Assembly (NCBI GenBank): GCA_000004985.1
Contig: GG738859.1
From: Naegleria gruberi
Lineage: Eukaryota
Strand: one strand, 5' to 3'
Length of the DNA: 64,000 nucleotides
The notes under the pieces are model-generated. The model made no database searches and had not been told where the DNA came from. It was given only the letters and a program-made list of their open reading frames with translations. A program made the position numbers and the translations under genes. Positions 46,741-57,312 of this stretch are shown one piece after another; position 1 is the stretch's first letter; the number at the start of each line of letters is the position of its first letter.

Positions 46741-47439
46741 TTACATCTTTTTGAAACTGATTCGCATTGGTTGTTGTTTAATCTTCCATGATTGAAGACC
46801 TTCTCTAGCAGATGTAGCTTGTTCAATAGTTTCATATTCCACAAAGGCAACACCTTTCTCTCCTACCAATCTCAATTTCTTATATCCATCATAATTGTTG
46901 AATAATGTTTCAAGTAATTCTGAACTCTTTTCAACATCCCTTGGTAAATTTTCAATGAAAAGTACACTGCTTGGAACCAGATTTTCTTCCCTCCTAGATT
47001 GTTTAGATGATTCTTGTTTAACTTTCTTTGGTTTTTTCTGTTCTGGTTCTTCTTCAAGTCCGTGTTTAGCTCGTTTTTGTTCAACTCTCTTTGCTTTATA
47101 TTCTTCATAATTTCCATCTAATTTAGCTGTAGCATCACTTTTAGATTTTGCAAAATTAATATGCATTGGCTTATCATGGAATACATATCCATTTAATTTC
47201 TTCTTTGCTGCTGTTGCTGTTGCTACATCTTTAAATACAATAAAAGCTTGTCCTCTAGTCTTTTCATATCTACTTGCTATGACATCCAAAACTTCTCCGA
47301 ATTGTCCAAACATACTATATAATTGTTTTTTAAGAGTAGGCACTTTGATCTTTTCATTAATATTATTTATGTATATTGTGTTGTTTGGCATGATTTGTTC
47401 CTGATCATCGCCTGTAATTTCTTGTTGTGGTTGTTGCAT
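46741..47439 (-). CDS. SNRPA: U1 snRNP A / U2 snRNP B'' (two RRMs)
   Basis: RRM1 of the 232-aa ORF is PNNTIYINNINEKIKVPTLKKQLYSMFGQFGEVLDVIASRYEKTRGQAFIVFKDVATATAAKKKLNGYVFHDKPMHINFAKSKSD. RRM2 is VLFIENLPRDVEKSSELLETLFNNYDGYKKLRLVGEKGVAFVEYETIEQA. A K/E-rich linker separates them. The order matches the U1A/U2B'' family. Confidence 0.85.
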   Translation of the reverse strand: MQQPQQEITGDDQEQIMPNNTIYINNINEKIKVPTLKKQLYSMFGQFGEVLDVIASRYEKTRGQAFIVFKDVATATAAKKKLNGYVFHDKPMHINFAKSKSDATAKLDGNYEEYKAKRVEQKRAKHGLEEEPEQKKPKKVKQESSKQSRREENLVPSSVLFIENLPRDVEKSSELLETLFNNYDGYKKLRLVGEKGVAFVEYETIEQATSAREGLQSWKIKQQPMRISFKKM

Positions 47440-47658
47440 TTTTTGAAGGTGTAGTTAATCTAAAATGATCAATAAATTTAATTTTAATTAATTTAATATG
47501 ATAATTATAAAATTATATTAATTAAATAGAAACTGCTTCAAACATCCATGACATTATGGATCTTGGTTTCATCTGTTGGTTATCATCTATTGGTCTTATA
47601 ATTTGAATTACTTCCGATGTTGCTTTCATCAAATTATGATGTACAACAATGTTTTCTA

Positions 47659-48130
47659 TTACTGTTTTCTTGCCATCATTAAATTATGATGTCCAGAGTG
47701 GATATCACCAAAAACCCTGCAAACTCTCTGGCATGCATCGTCTATGGCAATTCTCTTCGCTTCCAATACTGCTTTACCTCTACTATCACATTGGAAATTT
47801 CCACAACCAATTTGTTCATGTGAGTTGAAGTTGTCGTATGTCATGGAAACAATTACACTCACACCTGCATGATAGGATAGAATGGTATTGTTTCCAATCT
47901 TCTTTTCCACCTCATCCACATAATCAACGTTAATATCTTTAATTTTCATTGTCAGTTTATATCTGTCAAAGTGTTTATACATGTCGGATTTCTCCTTTTG
48001 CGTTAATTGATGCTTTAGATAATTAATGATCATAATTTTAGCATCACAAACAAACCTTCTCAAAATACGTCATTCCCGAATCATCAATTTCAAATTCTTC
48101 ATTTGCTGATTGATCCAGTTGTTGTTCCAT
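47659..48130 (-). CDS. Hypothetical small protein (~145 aa), 2 exons; weak dsRBD-like C-terminal pattern
   Basis: Exon 1 is MEQQLDQSANEEFEIDDSGMTYFEK. After a GTTTGT...CTAAAG intron comes HQLTQKEKSDMYKHFDRYKLTMKIKDINVDYVDEVEKKIGNNTILSYHAGVSVIVSMTYDNFNSHEQIGCGNFQCDSRGKAVLEAKRIAIDDACQRV.... The G.G.s+..AK..AA..A tail is only loosely dsRBD-like. Confidence 0.3.
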
Positions 48131-48154
48131 TTTTTATAAGAATATTTTCTTTAT

Positions 48155-48840
48155 TTACAGTTTGTGTGCTGTCTTATGTTCACAGACGTACTTAATTTCC
48201 TCAACTCTTTCTAAGAATGATTTATAGAAACTGTCAGCAATATGTAAGAATGGTTGTTCTACATTTCCATCATCAGTATTTGTGGCAGTTTGGAAGAATT
48301 CCAATCCACATTCCCTAGCAAATTCTTCACCTTGATGTCTAGTTACCTTTTCAAAAGCACCTAGGTCACTCTTATTTCCTACTAATACACCTAATAGTGA
48401 TTTGTCGTGCTTCTTTTGACTGCTGTTACTAGTTCTTACACTCTTACACAATCTGTACCATTTTGTTAAATTTGTAAATGTTTCTGGATTGGTTGCATCA
48501 TAGACAATAATAAAAGCATTCAAACCATCGATCTAATTCCGATTATTAATCAATGATTAAAATTCCAACTGAATTCATTGTACATACATATTCGTTGTAT
48601 GATTTTTCATAAATTGATGATCCACTAATATCGAAAATAAATAGTTCTACTTGATTTTCCTTTGGAATTGAATCATGTTGTTGTTCATTTGTAACAACAG
48701 GAACATCAATTGTTTTTGTATATAAATCAGCTCCAATTGTCATTAAATATTGATTCGGAAATGTTCTTTCTTTGAACATTTTGATAAGACTTGTTTTTCC
48801 AACAGTGGAATCTCCGAGAATACCAACTTTACATCTGAGT
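48155..48840 (-). CDS. IFT27: Intraflagellar transport protein 27 (Rab-like 4 GTPase); 2 exons
   Basis: Exon 1 (48571..48840; an upstream in-frame ATG at 48941 is possible) is MVKLRCKVGILGDSTVGKTSLIKMF...YLMTIGADLYTKTIDVP...VELFIFDISGSSIYEKSYNEYVCTMNS. A 38-nt GTTGGA...AATTAG intron follows. Exon 2 (48155..48532) is IDGLNAFIIVYDATNPETFTNLTKWY...GVLVGNKSDLGAFEKV...ECGLEFFQTATN.... It matches IFT27 at VELFIFDSAGKE, NAIILVYDVT, GVLVGNKTDL and ECFETS (animal/Chlamydomonas sequences recalled from memory). Confidence 0.8.
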
Positions 48841-48986
48841 TTAACCATCTTTATGTTCCGTTTAAAATGTTTGTTCGATTTTTTCTGTAAGGTTTTTGTT
48901 GTTTTACTTATTGTACTTTGTATGAGGATTTTTGGCGCCAAAATTAAATACTGTTAGTTGTTGGTTAATTTATTCGTGATTTCTTT

Positions 48987-51900
48987 TTATTTCTTCTTGA
49001 TTATTTCTTCTAGATCATAGAGTGCTTCCTTAGCACCAATACGTTTCTTTGGATTGGAGACTAGACATGATTTGATAAGGGATGAAATTCGTTTAGGTAT
49101 GTTTTTCAATTCGAATTGATAATCCATTTCCTTGACGAATCTATCTTCATTTTGACAAATAGCAATCACTGCAATACTGGCATCCATTTCTAATCCTAAT
49201 ATCAGACCTGCCATTAAGATTCCAAATTGGAAAATGTCCAGTCTATCTGTAACAATATTTTGCGCTGTTGGATTTTGGAAAAAGTATTCAGGTGCAATAA
49301 ATACGCAATTTGTTTTGGAATTTTTCACTTGAGCTTCTTCAAATGATGAGAGAAGAACCTGTTCAATGTCATCATGATAGAGAATTGTTTGAGTATTAAC
49401 ATGACAATGAACAATATCTTGTGTGTGTAAGTAATTGAGGGCTTCTGCTATTTCTGAGGCTAATCTACAAACTTGGAGAGTTGTGAAGATTGTTGGAGGG
49501 GAAGATGAAATACTGGTCACCACTGATAGGGTATTCTTATTATCTTCTTCATCGAGATATGGCTTTCTTTCAGTATTGGAAAGAGAATTGATATTTGAGG
49601 AATAGGATGGAGTTAAATCACTAACAGAAACGTTATTGGAACGAGATCTCTTATATAAGATGAAATAATCAAGAGTGTTCATTTCATAGAATGGCTCTAC
49701 TAAACAGTGCATATTGATCCATGAAAATTTGTGAATGACAGGGGCTATGGATTTTGTGTAATGACACGAATTGAACATGGAATCAATAATATTAAATCCA
49801 TTAAAATAAAAATCAATATTATCAGTTCCATTCGTGACAACATTATTGATATCATCCATATAATCATCGCAGTATGGTAACTTTACAATCTTTGGTAAGT
49901 TCTTTTGTTGAGAGTTAGTTTGTGGTACAATAGTCATACAAGAATTAATGGGTAAGCATGTTATCTTGAAAGTATGCTCAGAATTTCCATATTTTCTTCT
50001 TTTAGAAGCAAGTAGTATTTCCTTTCCTCTCTTTGATTCCATAAATTTAGTAATTTTCAATTTTTCTATACTAATAAATTGATTAATGGCCCTCATAGAA
50101 AAAACTTCTGGAGTAAAACCTAACTGTGTCAGTGAGAGTACTCTTCTTGATGGTTTGTACAAACCCTGTACCTCCATATTATCTAGTGCAGAGAAGGAAT
50201 CCTCTTGATCTTCAATGTCATCCAAAGGGGTTGGAAGTCTGAGGGCAACCAGATTGTGTTTTTTAGAACTTTCATTGGTTTGGTAAGGAGCTGAAGATCC
50301 TTTAACAGGAGAAAAATTAGATAATGAGTTGATCTTTTTCAAAATATCTAACTTGAAAGAACCATATTGAAGTACCATCATTTTCGAATAAATAGACTCT
50401 GCCTCCTCTTCAGTCATGGTAAATGCACTTGTTGATTGTGAAGAGCGTTGAAACAGGCTTATTTGCGTATTATTTGATTTATCAGTATCCCAATATATGT
50501 TTTGTACTCCTCTTCTCAAAAGCATTTCAATATCTTCAATTGTTTCATAGAGGTCTTTGGATAGTATTCTCTCCTCAGGATGCACTGTCAACATTTGATT
50601 AACAATAATATCGACCAATCTCTCGTATAAATCTAAAAACTCTGTATCATATCTATAGTTCAATAAAATCATCTCTCTAATGTACACTCGTTTGGCATGA
50701 ATAGAAGTGGCATTAATGAGAGTTTCTAAAGACAAATCTAAACCTAGTATTTGGTAGAACAGTATACCTAGTGAATAAATATCTGAGGAATTGATAAGTG
50801 TCTCAGATATCGATTCCTTAATGTTAATACTGCAAACACTTTCCAGATCATTGTCACTTGAAATGTTTAAATTCTGAGAGGCCCATATAGGCGATGAACT
50901 CCTAATATAAATATTCTTTTTTGGACCATTAGTGATAAGATCTTTTAGCTCAGGGGAGTGGTATTCTGTAATTGATTTTTGATCGAATGAATATCTATTT
51001 GGGAATAATTTAAAATCGTTAAGGAATTTGTTTCCAGTAATCATAAATGTTAAATGGATAGAACCTGATGGATTGGGTATGGAAGCACTTGGAGATGGAG
51101 ATCCACCTTGTCCATCAATGGCAACACAAGAACTCCTCCTAAAACTTTCTGAAGAAAGGGCAGCATCTGATAATAAATGTTGAGTTGCCATACTTCTTCT
51201 GATATTTTCACTCAGACTGGATGAGCCTGCTTTTTGTAATATGGAAATTTTTGGAAAAGGATCTGTCAATATGACATCATAAGTTTGTTCAGTTGAAGTT
51301 TGACTGGTCATAGAATCTGATCTCTTTTTTGAAAAAAAGGATCTTGTTACTCGATTATTTGTAGTATGTGGTACTAAGAATATGTTTTCAGGTTTTAAAT
51401 TATGATGGGAATATCCCAGTTGATGTATCTGTACAACAGGAGCTAATATTTGTTTGAATAGCAAGATAGCTTCCAGTAATGAGAGATTTTTCCCCAATGT
51501 CTTTTGTTTTGAGATTACTGAGCTTAAATTTCTGTCAAAGTATGGCATGACAAGCATGACAAGAACTTGTTGATTTCCAGATGGAGAATTGAAAAAATTC
51601 TTATCCACATAAATCTTGAAAAACTTGTCATCCACCTTCTTTTCATCTCTTCTCGTGTTATGAAAAGTCATATACCAATAATTTTTCAATTCTTCAATAT
51701 ATCTTTCCAAAGGGAAAGAACCTGATTGATGAGAGTAGCTGTACCATTCATTAATTGTGCATTTGAAGAATTTTACAACAACTTGTCTACTGTTTGATGA
51801 ATATAAAGAAGATGAAAATTGTTTAGCTTGTTGGAGATTGTTTTGACTGTTTGTAAATTCCGATGTTCCACAAGATTGTTTTTTGTGTGCAACTTCTGTT

Positions 51901-52409
51901 GCTGAATAGGTATTTCCATGTTTTTCATCCAATCGTTTTAATTTAGTATACTTTTCGCAAATATACCACAAATTTGCATTTGGCTCCTCTTGGGGTGGTG
52001 AATTATTGGTCCACAGTTTCTTGTTTCTTCTCCTCACAACGACATGATCCATATGGAAGGTAATTTTAGAGTTGAGAGATTTAAAAACATTGGATTTCTC
52101 GCTTATTGTGTGGTGATGTGTTTCACTTGATGATTCCAATGCACTAAATTTTGAATCGAGTGCAGCTGATGATGATGGTGATGGTGACTTGAATGATTTC
52201 CTTCCATTACTTGTTGTTGAAGGAGAATGTGATGATGATTGTGGTTCCATGAATTCTGACTCATCGGAGGTGCCCAACCAATTCTCATAATCATTTCCAT
52301 CATCACTCCAGCCATCATCATGAGGAATAAATGTCGTTTCACTCGAAGAACTATCAATATAATCAGAGAATGAATTTGCAATTGCAGGAGAGGATTTATT
52401 TTGTCCCAT
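48987..52409 (-). CDS. Large protein with two degenerate protein-kinase-like domains (predicted tandem pseudokinase), Ser-rich N-terminus
   Basis: The 1,140-aa ORF has a first kinase-like domain ...VVKFFKC...VMLVMPYFDRNLSSVIS...IHQLGYSHHNLKPENIFLV (HRD->HHN). It has a second, C-terminal kinase-like domain ...ALNYLHTQDIVHCHVNTQTILYHD...FIAPEYFF...DIFQFGILMAGLIL (HRDLKPxN->HCHVNTQT). Low-complexity S/N-rich segments lie between them. The C-terminal tail is ...KRIGAKEALYDLEEIIKKK. Confidence 0.6.
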   Translation of the reverse strand: MGQNKSSPAIANSFSDYIDSSSSETTFIPHDDGWSDDGNDYENWLGTSDESEFMEPQSSSHSPSTTSNGRKSFKSPSPSSSAALDSKFSALESSSETHHHTISEKSNVFKSLNSKITFHMDHVVVRRRNKKLWTNNSPPQEEPNANLWYICEKYTKLKRLDEKHGNTYSATEVAHKKQSCGTSEFTNSQNNLQQAKQFSSSLYSSNSRQVVVKFFKCTINEWYSYSHQSGSFPLERYIEELKNYWYMTFHNTRRDEKKVDDKFFKIYVDKNFFNSPSGNQQVLVMLVMPYFDRNLSSVISKQKTLGKNLSLLEAILLFKQILAPVVQIHQLGYSHHNLKPENIFLVPHTTNNRVTRSFFSKKRSDSMTSQTSTEQTYDVILTDPFPKISILQKAGSSSLSENIRRSMATQHLLSDAALSSESFRRSSCVAIDGQGGSPSPSASIPNPSGSIHLTFMITGNKFLNDFKLFPNRYSFDQKSITEYHSPELKDLITNGPKKNIYIRSSSPIWASQNLNISSDNDLESVCSINIKESISETLINSSDIYSLGILFYQILGLDLSLETLINATSIHAKRVYIREMILLNYRYDTEFLDLYERLVDIIVNQMLTVHPEERILSKDLYETIEDIEMLLRRGVQNIYWDTDKSNNTQISLFQRSSQSTSAFTMTEEEAESIYSKMMVLQYGSFKLDILKKINSLSNFSPVKGSSAPYQTNESSKKHNLVALRLPTPLDDIEDQEDSFSALDNMEVQGLYKPSRRVLSLTQLGFTPEVFSMRAINQFISIEKLKITKFMESKRGKEILLASKRRKYGNSEHTFKITCLPINSCMTIVPQTNSQQKNLPKIVKLPYCDDYMDDINNVVTNGTDNIDFYFNGFNIIDSMFNSCHYTKSIAPVIHKFSWINMHCLVEPFYEMNTLDYFILYKRSRSNNVSVSDLTPSYSSNINSLSNTERKPYLDEEDNKNTLSVVTSISSSPPTIFTTLQVCRLASEIAEALNYLHTQDIVHCHVNTQTILYHDDIEQVLLSSFEEAQVKNSKTNCVFIAPEYFFQNPTAQNIVTDRLDIFQFGILMAGLILGLEMDASIAVIAICQNEDRFVKEMDYQFELKNIPKRISSLIKSCLVSNPKKRIGAKEALYDLEEIIKKK

Positions 52410-52885
52410 CCTTTTTCTAGACTTTCCAATTAAATTGTGAGGGCTGGTTGTTGATCAATTTTTTTGTTTGTTCAAAATACATTCTTGTTGTTAATTCAGT
52501 AATGATCGGTGATTAGTAGTGGTTGGATGACTAGACAGTATGACATGACTTCTTCATCACCTTGTTCATGATTTCAAAGTTGTGAAATAATCATTATACA
52601 GAATTGATTCCCTCTTCAAAGTTGAATCATCAATAAAGGAGGCTATTTGTTATCACACTTGAATGTTATTGGGAGATAATTCTGAATTAATCATTTCATT
52701 TTCCACTTTATAATCTCTTCTTGGAAATATTATTGATTCAGATTACGTTATTGCAATATTAGTCCCAATCTCCCGCCAAACTTGGTTGCACTGGAAAGTT
52801 TAAAAAAATAAAGCAAAAAAATACAACAACAGCTCTCAGTAGCTGTTGAAACAAGGAATTTAATTTATTGAGGAGTATATAAGAA

Positions 52886-55051
52886 ATGTCGTTTTTAAAT
52901 CCTCCAGAGATGTCAATTATTGTTACTCCAAGTTTAGATGAAATAGAACAGAGTGATTTGGAGAGGAAACAATTGGAGCAAGAGGAAATTGAAGCTGAAC
53001 GACTTCTTCCCGAGAGTTTTGATTTCACCAAGCTGAAGAAGCAATTATCATCGGAAAATATTGCAAAGAAATCCTTCACTGTGGATCCTGAGCAATTGAT
53101 AAACACTGTAACAATGTTACTTGAGACAGTGGAAAAGCAGGAAAAGAATATAAGGTCACTAGCAAAAGCAGTCGCTCAAAAAAGCGATTTTTCATTGAGC
53201 AGGCAGTCATCATTTAATACCGGTGTTATGATTACTGATCCACCAAAGAAGGATCTTCCATCCTCCAGACCAACCACTCCAAAAGTTGTACATAAGGAAA
53301 CTGTTTTTGTGAGGGAGGATGATCCTTTTATGAAGAACCAAATCCATAATTTAAACAATGAGTTTGCTATAATTCAAGAGGAATATACTCAACATGAAAC
53401 AAGACTCACAGAAGTCGAGGCTATTGTTCATGAACAATTAACAGAGGAGAAAATGAAAACTGAAAAGAAAATTGATGAAGCTAAAGAAATGATTACAGTA
53501 CTCAAATTTGACAAGGAGGAGTTGAGAAAACAAATGGATCAATTGAGACTGGATGTAAAAAAGGGATTGGAGGAAAATATTGAGTTTTTATCAAACGAAA
53601 TCAAGACACATTTTGATATTTCGAATGAAAATTTAGAAAGGCTTCAAGATGATTACAACCAAAAAATATCAGCCGTAAATTCTGACTTGGGATCCAAAAT
53701 TGTGGACATATCAAATAAGGTGGAATATAATTTTATGATATTTAAGGAACGAACGGAATCTCAAAAAAATGAAATTGAAGAACTAAAGTTCAGACTGACG
53801 AAACTGGAAGAAAATTTACTGAAAAAGATGGAAACCTTGTCAGATAAAATGGATAAGAATTTTCGATTACTGGAGAAGGATACCCTGAAAACTAACTACA
53901 TAACCAATCTGTTGTACGACGTATTTCAGCTGGATAAACATCTAATCACTGACTTGAATGATACATATGTACAGGAAAAGTTTCAAGCTAAGGAAGATAT
54001 TGGAAAATATTCCAAAATGAAAAAGGAGAAGAACAGACAAGAGTACAGAAAGATGTATACAGACATGTTAATGACCACTCCATGTTTTAAAACAATATAC
54101 GACAATTCCACAAACATTGTAAACGAGTTGAGATGGGAAACCAAATTAAGAATGGACAGAGAGGGTGACAAGGTGTTAGAAGAGTTTACTGATATTCGAG
54201 AATGTATGAAACGGTTTGTGACATTTCCAGAAGTGCGAGCAGCAATTAACGAGAATGAAATAGTGAGACAAGTAGTCAATACTGTGGGTACTCATGAAAA
54301 ACATATTGATACAATATTTACAAATTTTTTACCGAGAGAAGAGGCTTGGGAAGCCCTCAAACAAAAAGCAGATGAAAAGAATGTAGAGTTGAAAGCTGAT
54401 CGAAAGATTGTCAATGCTCTATTTGACTATTTGAACGAGAAATTGAATACTATTCTTGGGAAAACATCTACAGAAGAAATGATGGTATCTATTAAAAAGC
54501 TTGAAGAGAAAATCAAAAGTAAGGCAGATAAGCAGGAACTTATAGAAGCCCAGCAACCAATTTACCCTCCAAATATAATTAATATCGTGCGAAAGGATAT
54601 TTCTACAGAGGATCTAGTGGTAGGAATGGGTGTGAGTCAACCATGTCTCATGGCAAAAGGAGAATCCGAACAAAGTCACTCCAGTTCGTACAGATGCCTT
54701 AGTTGCAGTCGACCACTCTCTTCCAAAACGCCTTCAACAGCACCATCCGGTTCTCCTCCAAAAAGACAAAACTATTTAACTAACTTTGATCCTCTTCCTG
54801 TTCAAGCCTTAAGTGGAAATGAATCTGCTAGAGGAAAGTTGGGAACTACGTTGGGAGATCTTCAACAACAATTTCAACAACAACTTCAATTACAAATCAA
54901 TCCAAACACTAGCATTCAATCTGATAGTCCAAATACAAGTCCAAAGAAGGGAGAAAAAGAAAAACCAAACCTTATTCCACCAAGTAGCCCATCTGACTTT
55001 TTCGAAATACCCAAACTAAATTTGAAAAAAGTAATGATATCTGCAGAGTAA
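52886..55051 (+). CDS. Coiled-coil protein (721 aa) with C-terminal Cys cluster and Pro/Ser-rich tail
   Basis: About 550 aa of the ORF show K/E/L heptad periodicity. The C-terminal region is ...CLMAKGESEQSHSSSYRCLSCSRPL...GSPPKRQNYLTNFDPLP..., with a QQQFQQQLQLQ tract. A downstream ORF (55090..55521) could be a 3' exon via a GTAAGT...AAGAG intron, or a separate gene. Confidence 0.5.
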   Translation: MSFLNPPEMSIIVTPSLDEIEQSDLERKQLEQEEIEAERLLPESFDFTKLKKQLSSENIAKKSFTVDPEQLINTVTMLLETVEKQEKNIRSLAKAVAQKSDFSLSRQSSFNTGVMITDPPKKDLPSSRPTTPKVVHKETVFVREDDPFMKNQIHNLNNEFAIIQEEYTQHETRLTEVEAIVHEQLTEEKMKTEKKIDEAKEMITVLKFDKEELRKQMDQLRLDVKKGLEENIEFLSNEIKTHFDISNENLERLQDDYNQKISAVNSDLGSKIVDISNKVEYNFMIFKERTESQKNEIEELKFRLTKLEENLLKKMETLSDKMDKNFRLLEKDTLKTNYITNLLYDVFQLDKHLITDLNDTYVQEKFQAKEDIGKYSKMKKEKNRQEYRKMYTDMLMTTPCFKTIYDNSTNIVNELRWETKLRMDREGDKVLEEFTDIRECMKRFVTFPEVRAAINENEIVRQVVNTVGTHEKHIDTIFTNFLPREEAWEALKQKADEKNVELKADRKIVNALFDYLNEKLNTILGKTSTEEMMVSIKKLEEKIKSKADKQELIEAQQPIYPPNIINIVRKDISTEDLVVGMGVSQPCLMAKGESEQSHSSSYRCLSCSRPLSSKTPSTAPSGSPPKRQNYLTNFDPLPVQALSGNESARGKLGTTLGDLQQQFQQQLQLQINPNTSIQSDSPNTSPKKGEKEKPNLIPPSSPSDFFEIPKLNLKKVMISAE

Positions 55052-55089
55052 GTTTCTTAACACATTTTAAACTCTTACATTTAACAAGA

Positions 55090-55521
55090 ATGGAAAATCC
55101 AATCTTTAAATATACTATTAAGAGCTCAGGTCGAAGTGCAGAAGAAGAATATGAAATGGTATCAGCAAGACGAGACAATACTGACCTTGATAAACCTCCT
55201 TCACAACTTCAAAATCAAAGAAAATCTCCAGACGATATGAGACCTAAACCACCAAAGAGTGCACCTCAAGGAGGGCAGAATAATTTTATGAGATATTCTC
55301 TGAAGAGTAATTTGGATCTTTCGAATAAAGTGCCAGGAACTGCAAGAGAAAAAGAACAGGAGAAAACATCTTCAGTAATGCCACACTCTGCAAGGCCAAA
55401 TTCTGCTAAAGAGTACAGGCTGAGAAGGAATGAAGGTCCTATACTTGTTGTAAAGCCAGCAACTGCAGCTCTGAAAAATAGACTCCCAAAGCTAAATGCA
55501 AGTCAAGCTTTAATTAAATAA
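55090..55521 (+). CDS. Basic/Pro-rich 143-aa ORF; either a small independent gene or the terminal exon of the preceding coiled-coil gene
   Basis: The sequence is MENPIFKYTIKSSGRSAEEEYEMVSARRDNTDLDKPPSQLQNQRKSPDDMRPKPPKSAPQ.... A GTAAGT sits immediately after the upstream gene's last codons, and a phase-compatible AG lies at ~55129. Unresolved. Confidence 0.2.
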   Translation: MENPIFKYTIKSSGRSAEEEYEMVSARRDNTDLDKPPSQLQNQRKSPDDMRPKPPKSAPQGGQNNFMRYSLKSNLDLSNKVPGTAREKEQEKTSSVMPHSARPNSAKEYRLRRNEGPILVVKPATAALKNRLPKLNASQALIK

Positions 55522-55596
55522 AACAAACCCTTCGTCTAGGTATGTCATGTTGAGCAAAAAATTAGCAGCAAATTACACAAATGCTAAAACAAAAAA

Positions 55597-57267
55597 ATGA
55601 AAAGAAGTGCTTCTGCATCTTGTGAAGGAGAAGAGCCTTCCAAGAAAACAAAACAATCTATGGAGCAAAACTTTATTTCGGAATTGGAAGAGATTGTAGA
55701 ATATTGTCGTGAACAATTCGAAAAAGAATCGGAAGACCCAGATTTCATTGCTGCAGAAATTGGAAATATTCAGAGGAAATTTTACGATTTGCAGAACAAG
55801 TATGAAAAATTCAAGACAATAATTTTAAAAGAGACTTTTACTGACTTGGAAGACTTGGAAACTATGTACAATGAAGCTGATGCAATGCTCAATGAGGCTA
55901 AAGAAGCATTGGCTTCATTTATTGCTTCTGAGGAAAAAACAGAAGGTGAAATCGAAACAGACGAAAATATTGAAAATTTCATTCCACTACCTGAGCTAAA
56001 TGAAGAAACAGAAGTAATACCATTTGAAAGAAGTGAATTAAGAGTAGAAAATATAGAACCCATCCCACTCTTAACATCAAGAAGTTGTTACATTTGTCAG
56101 AGACCCATTGAGAACTCCCCTGTAGTCTGTAAATATTGCTCTAACGCTTGCCATGGCCAATGCTGTGATAAACCAACAATACTGAGAGGAGAAGATACTA
56201 TGATTTGTGAAGTGTGCAGTTCAATCGAGACTGAAGGAGAACCTAATTTTTATTCACTGATAATTAAATCAAAGAATGGAAATGTTACACATGTTAATGA
56301 TATTGGTAATCAACTGAAAGGATTAAGCATTGATAAGTACAAAATCAAATGCCCAAAGTGTCAAGAATTAGTTGCACTAAAAGATTTAAATAGTCACACT
56401 GGAAGAAAATTTGAGTTTGATAAGTTTAGTGACTACCCTTTTGTTCCTTTTTCAGACGAGAAGAATAGAGCCGAAATATCTAGAGTTTTGATTGTTTTCA
56501 ATATCAGCAAAAAGACATTAACCAATATTTGTGAAAGGTACGAAAAAAGGATTGGTCCAGTGGAAATCAATGACATGTATTTAAATGATTCATATGGTAA
56601 TTTTTCAATGCACAAAGCTGTATTCATAACCTTAGAATCTGAAAAGCAAAGTTTTACACTTGCATTGTTTCTGAGCTCGTATTTAATAAGGAAGAATGGG
56701 TAAGTTTTTTTCACGTTTTAGCTTGCAATTTCAATGCAATTTAGTACTGATATCAATGTTCATCCTGTTGTATATTTTTGGAAGTCAAAAGCATTTCAGA
56801 TAGTTATTCCAAGCAAACACGAAATGGAGCTTGTCATACCACCAAAATTGGATGATTTTATTGAAAGAAAGTGGCAGGTAGCTTCAGACACTTCCAATAC
56901 CTTTTATGTAGTATTGAAGGATGTGGCTTATTGTTTTGCTCTTTTGAATACTGTACACGGATTAGTATTGGATAATAAGCAAATTGCAAAAGTTAAAGCA
57001 ATTCAAAATCCTGACACAGACAAGAGGACTGTATTAATTCTAAATATTTATTACGCCTCTATAGAACAATTCAAATATTTCATACTTGATTGTAATACTA
57101 GCTTTGATTTTGATTGGGACGTAATGGTTGAGGAGGATGGATGCCAAATGTTGGAGGACGAAAATTCAATTTCTATCAAGTTTCAATCTGAAGAAATTGC
57201 AAAAGCATTTGTAAATGATTTTAATGATTCCTTATTTAACGAACATCATTTACAAATGTTTAATTGA
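55597..57267 (+). CDS. Hypothetical protein with PHD/treble-clef-like Cys/His zinc fingers and a conserved-looking C-terminal domain; 2 exons
   Basis: Exon 1 (55597..56699) has an acidic coiled N-terminus and CYICQRPIENSPVVCKYCSNACHGQCCDKPTILRGEDTMICEVCS...KIKCPKCQELVALKDLNSHTGRKFEF. A 45-nt GTAAGT...AATTTAG intron follows. Exon 2 (56745..57267) is TDINVHPVVYFWKSKAFQIVIPSKHEMELVIPPKLDDFIERKWQV...FNEHHLQMFN*. Confidence 0.5.
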
Positions 57268-57312
57268 TTATTACCTATTTTACTCATTTTAAACAACAGC
57301 AAGAATTGTCCA

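Noticed and set aside
52103-52429. His-rich ORF (…HHHHHHQLHSIQNL…) overlapping the 5' end of the pseudokinase gene
   Set aside because: It is an out-of-frame overlap of the Ser-rich N-terminal codons of the 48987..52409 gene. The poly-His comes from alternate-frame reading of (GAT/GGT)-rich codons, not from an independent gene.
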